From NCBI GenBank assembly GCA_965153285.1, contig OZ229115.1: 64,000 nucleotides of DNA; one strand, 5' to 3'. Position 1 is the stretch's first letter. Each line of letters opens with the position of its first letter. The notes beneath the pieces are model-generated. The model made no database searches and was not told the DNA's origin. It worked only from the letters and a program-made list of their open reading frames with translations. Origin of the DNA: Podarcis tiliguerta (Eukaryota). Made by a program: the position numbers and the translations under genes. Below, in pieces: positions 1 to 12,476 of this stretch.

Positions 1-71
1 TTTCTCATCTCTGGCTGAAACTTACCTAAGAGATTTTGCTAGACTCACTAAAAACCATTTAGCTTCCCTTC

Positions 72-279
72 AGTCTGTTTTGGGGGCCTAATCCAGCCCA
101 CCTGTCGGTTTAATCCAGTCCCTGTGGCATCTGATTTCCTGGGGGTAAAATCATAAAAAAGCTCAACAACTTCAATCCTAAAAAAAAGTAAACAACTTTG
201 GTTGGCCCTTTGGTCGGCCCTCACGGCCCTTCACTTCATCAAATCTTGACCTCTTTGAAAAAAGTTTGGGACACCACTG
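72..279. mobile_element. hAT (Charlie-like) MITE remnant
   Basis: Right end ...ggcccttcac...aaaaaagtttgggacaccactg; the left end is unclear. Confidence 0.55.
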
Positions 280-1338
280 TCTTAAACCATCAACACCCAC
301 TTTGGATTTAACTTTAGGTGAAATTTTAGTTGGCAACTATAGGCAGAAATCAAAAGCACAGGGTGCTTCCATAAGGGGGTTTAATTGCAAACAGGCCACC
401 GAGATATCACAAATGGGTAGTGATTTGTTTATCTTTTAGTTAATGAATCTTCCATGGAAAGATAGAATCCCAATTAAATTGGGGAGGGGAGAATATAGAC
501 TGACATTTTGATGCCACCAGCATTGTGTGAATGCTGCAAAAATATGTGAATGCATGAGGAGCACTCATTCCACAATAAACACCCATTTGAAATGACCTAG
601 ATGCTATGCTGCCTCTCCAGCCACAATATTTTCTAAATGATACATAAGCAGAGGCTGATTTCTTCTCCTCTAGACTATGGAACAGGAAATCAACCTGGTG
701 TCTTATTTTTCTGGCACTCTTCTGCTGAGATAGACACAGTTGGAGCTGCCAGTGCCGCTAGAACCCATGCTGCTTGGAAAATAGAATATCTGACCTGCTG
801 GAAATTCTGAGATTTCAACAGTTATTTTCATCCTGACATGAGGAGAGAGAGAAAATAAAGTCACAAGAACCTGAGAACTGCCAGACTATGTCATGTCATA
901 TGGATGGTCATTTTTGCCAATGTCTTGTCCATAATAATAGCCAGCAACTGATGCTTCAGGGAAAATATTATTCACGTTAAAAATATCTCCAAAGAAGAAA
1001 TCTACCCTCTCAAATAAATGTGCTTGGAAAACACTAAAAGGGGAGAAATAGTCATTGTGCATAGATCTAATGCATATATGCTTGGCTATGAAAAATGCAT
1101 TTGAAATCTACAGTTTTTGCATTGTGCTTTATTGTTTTAAGCTATGGGATTGTTTGAATTTATTTGGTTAAGTTTATTTTTTGGTTTAATTGCATTTTTC
1201 TATACCACTGAATTTTATCTACCCTTTCATAAACTATCCTGGAATCTTTAGATGCAATGTAGTTAAGAAGTATTTTGAATAAATAAATAAATACATCAAC
1301 ATGAGTGTGAATTTCACTTGCCATCTTTTTTCCTAACC

Positions 1339-1487
1339 AGAAGAAGAAGAGTTTTGGATTTGATATCCCACTTTATCACTACCCTAAGGAGTCTCAAAGC
1401 GGCTAACAATCTCCTTTCCCTTCCTTCCCCACAACAAACACTCTGTGAGGTGAGTGAGGCTGAGAGACTTCAGAGAAGTGTGATTAG
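1339..1487 (-). mobile_element. tRNA/CORE-type SINE (Squam3-like), 3' half
   Basis: (AGA)n-gtttggatttgatatccc...gagtctcaaagcggctaaca...ctctgtgaggtgagt, shared with the copies at 2738, 5999, 30447 and 43625. Confidence 0.8.
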
Positions 1488-1723
1488 ATTTGCACTGCTC
1501 TGCATCCCCATGAATGCAGAGAGGGTTTTTTTTTATCCTTGCAAAGTCCAAAGTGGCCAAGATTTTTAAAGGTCCTGCATTAATAACGGGGAAAGGTCTG
1601 GTACATCACTAGGATGGAATTTACTCTTTGCTCCTCTGTGGACAACCCCTAGCCACTAGCTGCTTTCACCTCGGTAGTCAACTGTACAAATGGCACAACC
1701 ATTATTAAACTTAACTTGGGTAA

Positions 1724-1904
1724 GGAATGTAGCCCAGTAGTAGAGCAGCTGCTTTGCATAAAGAAGGTCCCAAGTCCAGTCCCTGGCACATCTGGAAAGA
1801 CTACTGCTTTCTGAAACTCTTGAGAGCTGTTGTCAGTAGACAATAGTGAGCTAGGTAGACCAGTAGCCTGCCTGATTCAATATGAAGTTGCTTCCTATGT
1901 TCCT
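1724..1904 (+). mobile_element. tRNA-Ala(TGC)-derived SINE with CR1-like 3' end
   Basis: Head ggaatgtagcccagtagtagagcagctgctttgcat...aaggtcccaag...ccctggca resembles tRNA-Ala; tail gtagacaatagtgagctag...gcttcctatgttcc is shared with the copies at 7003, 20368 and 32515. Confidence 0.7.
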
Positions 1905-2208
1905 GTTTGATGTTTCACCTGGAAATGTGGCAGCCCCATCTAGAAAGGAAGGATGGCTTTAGCCTTGCTTCCTAGGCACTGACAGACTTTTCTCTTCACA
2001 AGTGTCACTCTGAATGATGGATTTCTCCAGCTCTGAAGTTCTCTGAAACAGACACCAAAGTGCATCTGTAAGCAGCTGGTTTATGCAAAACCAGACGTGG
2101 ACATATCAGAATGACAGCATGACTGCAGTGAAAGTTCCTGTATGTACCATGGCGAGAATCAAGTAACGGTGATGAACTATATATGGCAAAGAAGCCTTAA
2201 CACTTGAA

Positions 2209-2452
2209 TATCCAGGCTGAAAACACACCTCCTGATATGAAGTCTACTTCTGGAGAAAAGAACCTGGAAGCTGGAATATGTCATCAGTAGCAAGGGACCA
2301 ACTCTGAAGATTGATGGAGGGGACTGATTTTATCCAGGCTGAAAACACACCTCCTGATATGAAGTCTACTTCTGGAGAAAAGAACCTGGAAGCTGGAATA
2401 TGTCATCAGTAGCAAGGGACCAACTCTGAAGATTGATGGAGGGGACTGATTT
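2209..2452. repeat. Perfect 2 x 122-bp tandem duplication
   Basis: 2209-2330 is identical to 2331-2452 by base-by-base reading. Confidence 0.95.
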
Positions 2453-2737
2453 TTTGTGTTGGCATCCATTATCAGCCAGCTCCACACTGCCTCTGCAGCT
2501 CCTTCTGCCCCTTCCCTTTGGATGGAAGAGCCTGGAACTATGGCATCAACTGCCAGGGATCAGATGAGATGATGTCATGGAGAGTTTAGAGGTCACCACA
2601 TCAAGAAGATAGATGTGAAGTTTCTTGTCTCTCTCCAAGAGGAGCATTTGCTGTGCTGTAGTGTTATAACTATTTGTCAAGTATATGGCAATTTACCTGT
2701 GATGTACAGTTTAAAATATTAAACACCACACACTACA

Positions 2738-2967
2738 CCAGCGTAGTGTAGTGGTTAAGAGCGGTGGACTCGTAATCTGGTGAACCAGGTTCGCTTCCCC
2801 GCTCCTCCACTTGCCGCTGCTGGGTGACCTTGGGCCAGTCACACTTCTCTTAAGTCTCTCAGCCTCACTCGCCTCACAGAGTGTTTGTTGTGGGGGAGGA
2901 AGGGAAAGGAGATTGTTAGCCGCTTTGAGACTCCTTAGGGATATCAAATCCAAACTCTTCTTCTTCT
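2738..2967 (+). mobile_element. Squam3-like SINE, near full length
   Basis: A-box tagtgtagtgg, B-box ggttcgcttcc, CORE-like tgggtgaccttgggccagtcac, (CTT)n tail. Confidence 0.85.
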
Positions 2968-3984
2968 ACTTTGACTGATGGTTTGTTTTATTGAATGTTA
3001 TTGGAAACTGCTTTGTAAGCACAGTGGTGTAAAGCAGTATACAAATGTTGGAAAAGAATAATATATGGATTATGACCAATTTTAACTTTGAAATCGTTCC
3101 CCATCCTTCCTTTTACAATGCCAGAAATCTCTCTGTCTTCTTTCAGGACACTGCTAACACAATTATGGCATTGAAAAGAGTGCATTTACTTGTATGAGAT
3201 TGTGAAAGGCTTTAGCTCCATCCTCCCCTCTACTTAAAACCAAGGCTTCTCTAGAAGTCTGGCTTTGGAACCAGTCTGTCATGCTGTGCCATTGCATTAG
3301 CCAGCGACAGAACAACCAAGATTTAATTCAAGCTGCTGCTACTCTGAGCTTATTACAACATTTGACAGCACCATTTCCCAGGAAAGCATAATGTTTCAGT
3401 CATATGGCACAGTTTCCTGGGATTTACGAGGGTAATTAACAATCTGCTCTGTTTGAATTGCCTATAAAGAGCTGCTAGGGTCAGATGAATGGGGTTTAGG
3501 GCAAGGTTTGTGCCAGGACCATTTTCAATACCTGGCTAGAAGCATCTGCTTGATAAAGGGACTGAGTAGGGAACACAAGGCTGAGTGTGAGGTTGGTCTC
3601 TTCCTCCAGCCTTTGCATGCAGAGACTTGGCTCTAACTGGGGTTCTGACTCCAAGTACCAGCCTGGAAAAGAAATGACTGCTTCTAAATTTGGTCTAATT
3701 AGTCTAATAATCCTCCATCCAGGTGGGTTTCTTTCTTTTTTAAATGAAAATAATGTCTCAGGACATTTTCAGATATTCCTTTATAGGATTAGTATGTCCT
3801 TCTTAAAAAGAGTTTTACCCCCTTGAGTGGCTAACGTAACAGCATAAAAACAACTGATGATATCCAACTGAACAGTTCCCCAAGTGCAAGGTCTTTTAGC
3901 TGTGCAATGCAACTTCCTCCCCACCCTCCTTCTCTCCTTGACTTATTAAAGATTGCTGAGGGGGTATGACCAGGACCAGGATTG

Positions 3985-4795
3985 ACCAGGGGTATGGTCA
4001 ATACATCCTTTCGGAAGAGAGTGATCCTGGGCACCTTGAAAGAGGTGGTGATCCAACCACAGCTGAAAAAGCCCACCATGAACCGTTGCAAATACTATAG
4101 GATGAAATTGAAACCAATTATCTTGACCCAATCCCAGTTCAGGTCGGGTTATGGAAATGAATCAGCCTTAGTTATCCTGATGGATGACCTTTATTGGCAG
4201 AAGGACACTTTTTACATCTCTCAGCCAGCTTTGGATACCATTGAACATAGTTTCCTCCTGAACTGATGCTGTGAGGTGGACATTGCAGGGGGACGACGAC
4301 ACTGTTTTACAATGGTTTTAGTCCTATCTCTGGGCTTTTGCCAGCTTTGGCTGGTAAGACAGCTACAGCCTGACCATTGTTGTCCAAAACTTCCAGGGTG
4401 GATTACTGCAATGTATTGCAGATGGAACTACCTTTGATGTTGACCCGAAAGCTGCAGCTAGTACAGAATGAAGCAGCTTGACTGCTCACTGGACCAGAAT
4501 ATCAGCATCATATTATGCCTCTGTGAAATAACTGCACTGGTTGCCAATTAGCTCTAGGGCTTGGGCTTGTGTACAAAGCTCTGTACAACTTGGGATAAGG
4601 ATACCTAAAAAATAATCTCATCCCTTCTATACCCAACTGATCACTGTGCTGCTGAGAGGGTATCCTGCAGATACCATATTATAAGGAGGTTCATTCCACA
4701 ATCTTGGAACTGGGTCTTCAGTGTGGTGACACCTAAACTTTGGAATTCCCTCCCATTTGATATCATACAGGCACCATCTATATTGTCTTTTGGCA
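3985..4795 (+). mobile_element. Old L2 LINE ORF2 fragments
   Basis: LKEVVIQPQLKKP...QSQFRSGYGNESALVILMDDL...LDTIEHSFLL, then DYCN, LQLVQN, LHWLP and PKLWNSLP motifs with frameshifts. Confidence 0.8.
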
Positions 4796-5511
4796 TCTAT
4801 AGAAGGGTTTCTTCTTTCACTGTGCTGACTAGGGAGGATAGGAGTTGTAGTCCAAAACATCTGGAGGGCACCAGCTTGGTCAAAGCTGCTATAGCGTATG
4901 CTCTTCTCTGTTTGTATGCAGAAAATATTGATGCCTTAAAAAACACACCACTACCACTCAAATTTGTATTCAAAATGCTAAGAAACTTTGCTGCAGGACC
5001 TAAATACAAAAAAAGGCAATTTCCCCTTGAAGGCAATCTCGAGGGTAATCATCTATCCACCAGTGCTTATCTGGCTGCAGAAGAAGCCATGCAGTTATGA
5101 GTTTAGTGAAGAGAGAGCTCACATATACATGCACATCTTTATTTATGAGATGCATTATTTAACACTTTGACATGCAGCTAATTTAAAAATAAGATTTATC
5201 AGCAAAGAACACTACTCTGCTGCTGCCACACTGGAAAGCGACACACTCAGTCGAGGCACTCCTGCCACAATACCAGTGCTGACTGAGCACACTGAAAACC
5301 ACAACTTTGTCTTTCAGGTTTCCTGCCAGGATAAATATAGATCCAAGCTACGGTAAGTGTGGCTGCTCAGGGAAGCTAATCGGCTCCCCCATCCCTGGCT
5401 TGGCCTTCACTTTGTGTGCATGCATTTTAATTTTTTTAATGAGGGGACTATTTGGTACATCATGGCTTGCATGCAGTAATTTCTATTCGGTTGTGAAGCT
5501 CCTTTGCCAGA

Positions 5512-5673
5512 GGCAATAATGCTTCTGAATGCCAGTTGCTGGAAACTGCTGTTGCACTCAGGCCCTGCTTGCAGGCTTCCCAAAGGCATCTGCTTGGCCA
5601 GTGGGAGAATAAGATGCTGGACCTGATGGGTCACTGGCCTGATCCAGCAGGCTCTTCTTATATTCTTATGTTC
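5512..5673 (+). mobile_element. CR1 LINE 3' end
   Basis: gcttctgaatgccagttgctgg...gatgctggacctgatggg...ctggcctgatccagcaggctcttcttatattcttatgttc. Confidence 0.72.
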
Positions 5674-5998
5674 CCTTGGTGTCCATGGACTTTGCTGTCT
5701 TTCAGCTTATCCTACCTCCTTGTGAGGTGTGTCCTTAGAGGAAGAGTAGAGTATAGCTATGCAAACAAGTCATAAATAATGCCTTATAATTAGGTTAACT
5801 CTGCTACTAGACAGACAAAAATATTTAAGGTCTTGAGGCAAGCTGCAACCAGATGGCTACGCTGGAAGTCCTGTCAAGTATGGAAATTTGCCATTCTCTT
5901 ACTGCTGGTCACAGAATCTTCCAAGTCCATCCAAGTGGACTGAAATGTCTAGAAACACAGGTAGCTGCTTCATACTGAGTCAGACCAATACACTGATT

Positions 5999-6247
5999 GA
6001 AGAAGAAGAAGAAGAAGAGTTTGGATTTGATATCCCGCCTTTCACTCCCTTTAAGGAGTCTCAAAGCGGCTAACATTCTCCTTTCCCTTCCTCCCCCACA
6101 ACAAACACTCTGTGAGGTGAGTGGGGCTGAGAGACTGTGACTGGCCCAAGGTCACCCAGCAGCTGCATGTGGAGGAGCGGAGACGCGAACCCGGTTACCC
6201 AGATTACGTGACTACCGCTCTTAACCACTACACCACACTGGCTCTCC
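5999..6247 (-). mobile_element. Squam3-like SINE, full length
   Basis: Minus-strand 5' GGAGAGCCAGTGTGGTGTAGTGGTTAAGAGCGG, B-box GGTTCGCGTCT, (CTT)n tail. Confidence 0.88.
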
Positions 6248-7002
6248 AGATTTTCCAATGGGGAGTGTTTTCCAGCCTCAGATGTAGATCTCAAGGACTG
6301 AACCTGGGACCTTCTGCATACCCACCCATGCATTGGGGGTGAAGCAGCTGTCTTGGGCATTGAAAGCAAAAGTGGGCAGTGGAAGCAAACGCCGCTGTGG
6401 GTGCCCCACCCACCCTGTTACTTCTGCCACTGCTAGAGAAGCAGTGCTGGCAGTGGGGAAGGTGGGGCACTGCCTCTTTGGCTTCCCATATAAGGGTGGC
6501 AGTATGTTCCTGTTTTGCCTGGTGGTGAAATAGGACACACAGCCCCTGTGTACAAAGCAGATACTCTACCACCCAAGCAAGCTTGACCACAGTTCAAGGA
6601 CATGTTCCAGCCAGGTGAACACACCCAAGGAGAGTGCAAAGTGAGAGTGAGGGTTGTGGCCTGGTGAGAAGGGATGTGACTGAGGAAAGTCCTTAGGGTC
6701 AGATGGAGGAGTCTGGAGGGCCACATTCAGTGCTTCATGTAGGGCTGAGAATGTCTGAAATGCTGGAGAGCTCCTGCCCATTAGCATTGACCAGGGTTTC
6801 CCAAACTTGGATCTCCAGCTGGGAGAGAGAGCTGGTGATGGTGGGGGGAAATAGGCATTTAGAGGCATTTGGAGACTTTATGCAATTTCATTTATGTGAG
6901 AGGGGGTCTGGAACATAACCCCTGCATAACTGGAGGGGGATGCCTGTATTAGTAGACACCCCAGGTGCCACTGTTGGGCCAAACTGCTCTTGTTGTAGGA
7001 AA

Positions 7003-7290
7003 GGAATGCAGCTCAGTGGTAGAGCATCTGCTTTGCATGCAGAAGTTGTCCTCGGTTCAATGTAGGGCTTGGAGAGACCCCTGTCTGAAACACGGGAGAG
7101 CAACTATCAGTCAGTACATACCAGCCTTTCTCAACTTTCTCATCCCTGACCACTGTTCCTGCTAGCTAGGGATGATGGGAGTTGTAGTCCAACAACACCT
7201 GGGGACCCAATGTTGAGAAAGGCTGGTGCAGACAATACTGACCTAGATGGAACAATGGTCTGACTGAGTACAAAGCAGCTTCCTATGTAC
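7003..7290 (+). mobile_element. tRNA-Ala-derived SINE, interrupted by a hAT MITE
   Basis: gcagctcagtggtagagcatctgctttgcatgcagaag head; ...cagtcagt[MITE]gcagacaatactgacctagatgg...gcagcttcctatgt tail. Confidence 0.75.
7122..7225. mobile_element. Short hAT-type MITE
   Basis: TIR cagcctttctcaac / gttgagaaaggctg; degenerate 8-bp TSD gtacatac / gtgcagac. Confidence 0.8.
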
Positions 7291-8046
7291 TTTTGCCAAG
7301 AGATTTTAAAATCACACGGCAGACAGCCAAAGTCTGCTGGTAAAACTGTGTATTTTGGTCACTGAATAAAGCAGGGGGAAACATCATTTATTAAGAAGTA
7401 CCCAAATCCATTCAGTTAATTTTCCTGTGCCCCCTCTTGCTCTCTACACAGCTCCCTTCTCATGAATCCTTAAGCGTTCCTATCTTTCTGGCTCAGGAAT
7501 AAGAACCTTTGCCACTGTCATTTCTCTATCCTTCCTGCCCCTGAAGATTTGTCAAACATGTTTCATTTTATGATGCCATCTGGTACAGACCAGAAAGATG
7601 TACTTAATACTCAAGAAAGAAAAATGAAGTGGGCAAATGGGGGGGGGGGAAGCCCCCACGAACATCTGGCACCTGATAATCTCCAAGCCTTTATTTAAAA
7701 AATCAATACTGATTATGTGCCACAAATGGGAAAGTGGCAAAGTGAAAGGCCCCAATCCAGCTAAATAAATAAATGGAACACAGATGAGCTGGATTTGTGT
7801 GTTAAGAAAAGCCTTCATCCTTGCTCATCTCTCTGCAAAAGTACCGGAAGAAAGGTCATTTCACATAGTCTTCTTACAACGTGCAATGAATGTGTGAAAT
7901 GAGACATTCAAACAGAAGGAGGATTAAAGCAGCAGCAACAATACACACACACACACACACCGTTCCAGATTCATAAATGACTTTTACTGGAGTAGGTTCT
8001 AAGACTAGAGGGCAGTAATTTCCCTGCCTGAGGAAACAAAGAAAGT

Positions 8047-8372
8047 CACCTGAAGGAGCGTCTCCACTCACATTGTCCAGCCTGGGCATTGAGGTCCAGT
8101 TCCGAGGGCCTTCTGGAGGTTCCCTCATTGTGAGAAGTGAGGTTGCAGGGAACCAGGCAGAAGGCATTCTGGGCAGTGGTGTCCTCCCTGTGGAACGCCC
8201 TCTCATCAGATGTCAAAGAGATAACCAATTACATGACTTTCTGAAGACATCTGAAGACAGCCCTGTATCGGGAAGTTTTTAATGCTTGATATTTACTTGT
8301 GTTTTTATATTATGTTGGAAGCTGCCCAGAGTGGCTGGGGCAACCCAGTCAGATGGGTGGAGTATAAGTAAA
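8047..8372 (+). mobile_element. L2 LINE 3' end
   Basis: cacctgaaggagcgtctccac...tgtggaacgccctc...gggaagtttttaatg...gcccagagtggctggggcaacccagtcagatggg; same family as 40612. Confidence 0.85.
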
Positions 8373-9110
8373 GAAGTACGTAAGTAAGTTGTTGTTGTTC
8401 CAAGCACCTCCTTAAATCAGGAGCAGGTATGTATTGATGAAGAGATGAGCTCCCTCCAACATCTTAACACTTCAAGGAGGGAGTCAGGGTATGCAGATTA
8501 GGACTACATCCTCCAAGAAATAAATTATTATTTAAGATGCCAGACTTAGCCCTGCCTGGGATCAAACTTGCACTGACGTTATGATGTTATGTAATAGTAT
8601 ACTTGCTTGGGCATAAAGTGGAGGAGTAGTGGCAGGCAGCCATCTAGGTTAGGCAATAGGCTGACATCAGATTAGCTTTGTTTTGTTTGGGCAAGTGTTA
8701 AAAGTGATCTCAGAGAAATGCTGAGAATGACAGCATGTTAGGTTACCTGGGGACATGCAACAAAAACACCTCCCCTCCAACTATAGCTTTTATAAAATAA
8801 ATTGAGCAATGAACTGAAGCATATTGTGTCCTCAATTATCCCTGATGAAACAGGTAATCCAGATCAGGGGAAATAAATATCCTACTTCCATCCATGTATT
8901 TTAAATGGCATTGGTGCAAAAATATCTGGGATCAAGAGCAGGTACCTTAGTTAGCAAACTAACTAACTTTCCTGCTTGGTCATTTCTTATATTCCTATTT
9001 ATTTACCGTAATTCTAAACTATTTCATAGCTGACAGTGTGAAACATAGATTAGTGGAGTAGGGATTGCTTACCCTCTAATCCCACCTTTCATTACTTCTT
9101 CACAGAGCAC

Positions 9111-9516
9111 ATTGTTAGACTATGAATCTCACTCCCACAAGAGGGAGTGATGGTCAGCAACGCAGATGGCTTTAAAAGAGCATTAGACAAAGCTATCAGT
9201 GAGGCTTTGTGTAAGGCTACTAGGCATGATGTCTATGTTCTAGCTCCACTGTCAGAAGCATCATGCCTCTGAATGCCAGCTGTTGGGAATTGCAGGTGGG
9301 GAGAAAGCTATTGTCCAGCTCGCAGGCTTCTTGCAGGCATCTGGTCAGCCTCAGTAAGAACAGGATGCTGGAGTATATTGGCCACTGGCCTCATCCAGGA
9401 GCATAGCTGTCAACTTTTCCCTTTTCTTGCAAGGCATCCTATTCGGAATAAGGGAATTTCCCTATAAAAAAGGGAAACGTTGACAGCTCTGTCCAGGAGG
9501 CTCATTTATGTTCTTA
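9111..9516 (+). mobile_element. CR1 LINE 3' end, degraded
   Basis: gatggctttaaaagagcattagacaa...gcctctgaatgccagctgttggg...ggatgctgga...ccactggcctcatccag...ggctcatttatgttctta; same tail family as 5512-5673. Confidence 0.7.
9402..9491. mobile_element. 90-bp hAT MITE nested in a CR1 3' end
   Basis: TIR catagctgtcaac / gttgacagctctg; perfect TSD tccaggag (9394-9401, 9492-9499). Confidence 0.9.
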
Positions 9517-12006
9517 GTAATCCCCTCCCTCCACTTTCATATTAGCCACAAAGATAGTATGTCAAATTCGGCAGAATGCAGTCACATTTTTATGCCTGCC
9601 ATTGCTGTCTTATTGTATCAGGTGTAAGACTTCTCACCAGAAAATTGAGCAGGGGGCAATTGATGCAGCAAGAGTTGACTATATAGCCCTCTTCAGGCAA
9701 ACGTCTCATGTATTCTATCAGTGTGTTATTAGGGTGGTGCTGGTGAGCCCTGCCCCCAGATTGCTATGCACTCTAAATAACCTTCACTACTAATGTCTGT
9801 GTATACAGTATACACATTGCCGGTGGGGGAACCTGGCTGTATGCACATCCCTGCAGATGTCTGTGCTGTGTGCACAAATGTCAGGGGGCTGGGCTAACTG
9901 GAGTGTGTGACATCAGGGGAGGCGCTAATGAGCATAGCCCCACTTCCTATTCACATGCTGAAATAACACCCGAGTAGTTCACCTAAACTGGACTTTATAG
10001 ACCACACTGTTGTATCTGATTACTGTTGCTGATAACGTAAGTTGTCTTTGTCAGCTATACATATTCCTCCAACTCCTATTCTAGTTTCTGAGCTGCAGGC
10101 TGGTGGACTCCTGTATGAGAGCAAAAGCTGAGCCAGACAATTAATTTCTATTACTTTCCTGGCTGAAGGAAGCCTGTGTCATCATATCCAAAAACCATAT
10201 AACTTGGGGAGGCTGCATGATTCAGACTCTCAAGGTCACTCAGATGCCACTAATTTCGTTGAATCAAACTGCAGATTCAATTGCCAAGTCCAATTTAAAC
10301 TATTAGCCTGTGATTCTTTTGGCCAGCCCATCTATCTCAGCATCCAAAAAGACAACTCAGCATCATTATTTCCTTCCAGATGTAAGAGACTACTCTCTGC
10401 AAATGTAGCCTCGGAAACAATTGCTTGTAAGTGAGGTTGCCAAATGCAGCTGCCTACTATGGATTCTCTTGCCTTTAAAAAGACAAGTATGTAAGTCATT
10501 TGTTTGCCAATGATATGTAGACCACCCCTATCTAGGAGTGCCTTGCAATACTTAACTTGTGCATTCAGTGGGCTGATGAAGACAAAGCACACTTCAAGAC
10601 GCCATGGAAAGTACAACTTATCTGTCAGAGACCACAATCTAATATACTGCAAATAGGAAAGAAAAAGAATTCTGCATTCCAGAAAGCTAGATTTAACAAG
10701 TCCATTCTAAAAACAATTTTATAAATACTATTTGATCTACTAACTTCCTTAACCAAAAGCTGCATGAGATACCAGGTTAGATGACATCAAATTCACAATG
10801 CCAGGATTTGGGACAATCCCTGCTGTGTCAAGAAAACAATGAATTGCAATCACATCTGGAAACTTTAAAAGGCATTTAGATCCATAGGTGCATTTTATGA
10901 AGGTAGATGCATTTCATTAAAGCAACTGCAAGACATCAGATACTACTAAAAATATTATGCAGTACTAGTACTAAAAATACTATGCAGCGATGCATATGGA
11001 CACGTGGACATGAACAAAAGTATTTTTAAGTGAGACACCATCTCCAAAGAAATACTGTATTAAAACACCCCTAGCCATTTGCTTAGAAAGCATTTCAGGA
11101 AAGCAGAAAATTGAAAGGTTCATGAGAGCCCCCGCTTTTCACATAGCACCCGGAGCACACATTTTCTCTTAAAGCCACATACCAAATTGCTCTTGTAAAT
11201 GGCCTGCATGCTGTTAGGATTGGATAGTACATTTAAAGAAAGGAGAGTAGCAAGGTTGGTTAAAATCTCATTGAACAACCACCAACCAACCATCGTATTA
11301 GTACTGCAAAGGGACAAATTTAACAGGTGTGGAAGAAGTGTTGGGTCCTTTTCTCCATCTTGAGCTGTTCTTTGTGTGCGTGTAGGATACAAAGCACAAA
11401 GTAAGCTATATTTTTTCTTCAGCATTCTAGAGTCTCCATCGATTCCTTTATAATTGGAGGCAGTGTGAGGGTTACATGATTCATGATTCCAGAGCCTCTT
11501 CGTCACCAGCTGGAAATTTCACAGAACGCTGATCAGGAGCGTAAAATATATAACGTGACTGATTTTTTCTTTTTTTAAAAAAAAACACTAGTTAGCATGC
11601 TAATATGTTTTTAGTCTGGAAAAGAAGTGGCAGGCAAACAAGGAGAGACAGCAATGAGGTAGATTGATGAGCCTGTGCAAGGCCAGGGCATCAGCTTGCA
11701 GCAAATTAAAGCTTTTGCTAAAGGCAGGAAGAGCTTTAAAAAGCAGACAAATGTCCAGCTTGACAAGAGGGAGAGAATGATCCAATGGCTAGACTTCTAG
11801 GAGGAATTAGGAACAGCTAAGGTAAAAGTCCTTCTTGGTCACAAAAATCCCAGACATAATCATTTGAGCCTCGTAGTACCATATGGAATGGGTGTGTGTG
11901 AGAGAGAGAGAGAGAGAGAAAGAGACAAGGATGCTGGTGATAAGTCTTCAAGCGTGCAGAATCTTGGATGTTGCAAGTCCCAGTAGTAAAGCTAAGTATG
12001 TTAGTG

Positions 12007-12153
12007 CAGTGGCGTAGCGTGGGTTGTCAGCACCCGGGGCAAGGCAAGTAATTTGTGCCCCCTAACCCGTGGATTTGCGCCTCCTAACCCTAACCCCCAG
12101 ATGTTGCGCCCGGTGCGGCCGGCCCCCCCTGCACCCCCCACGCTACGCCACTG
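12007..12153. mobile_element. Young hAT MITE (147 bp)
   Basis: TIR CAGTGGCGTAGCGTGGG / CCCACGCTACGCCACTG; perfect 8-bp TSD tgttagtg (11999-12006, 12154-12161). Confidence 0.95.
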
Positions 12154-12161
12154 TGTTAGTG

Positions 12162-12476
12162 GGGATGGGAGCTTGTCGCAGCAGCAGGAGGACACCCTGG
12201 CTTCTTCACCAGCCTAACTCATCTCTGCCTCTTGGCCTCCCTCCTCTCTTGCTTCAGCTTCTGCTTCTGCACTCCCCCTGCCACAGACTCTCCCTGCTCA
12301 CTAAACCCTGTTACCTCCTCAGCTTCCAACACCCTTTCCTCCCAGGCTTCTCCCTCTTCTCCCTCTGCCCACTCATTATTGTCCCACCACCAATCCCCAG
12401 GCTCTGAGCCTTCTTCCCATAGGGTTCTCCAGCTGGTGCCTCCCACCATTCCTCTGCATCCAGCCAGTCCATGACA
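12162..12476 (-). mobile_element. Possible LTR 5' fragment
   Basis: Starts TGTCATGGAC on the minus strand and is purine-rich; abuts a CR1 3' remnant and a hAT MITE; the other end was not found. Confidence 0.4.

Noticed and set aside
7003-7065. tRNA-Ala(TGC) gene
   Set aside because: Degraded and joined to a SINE body found several times in the window.
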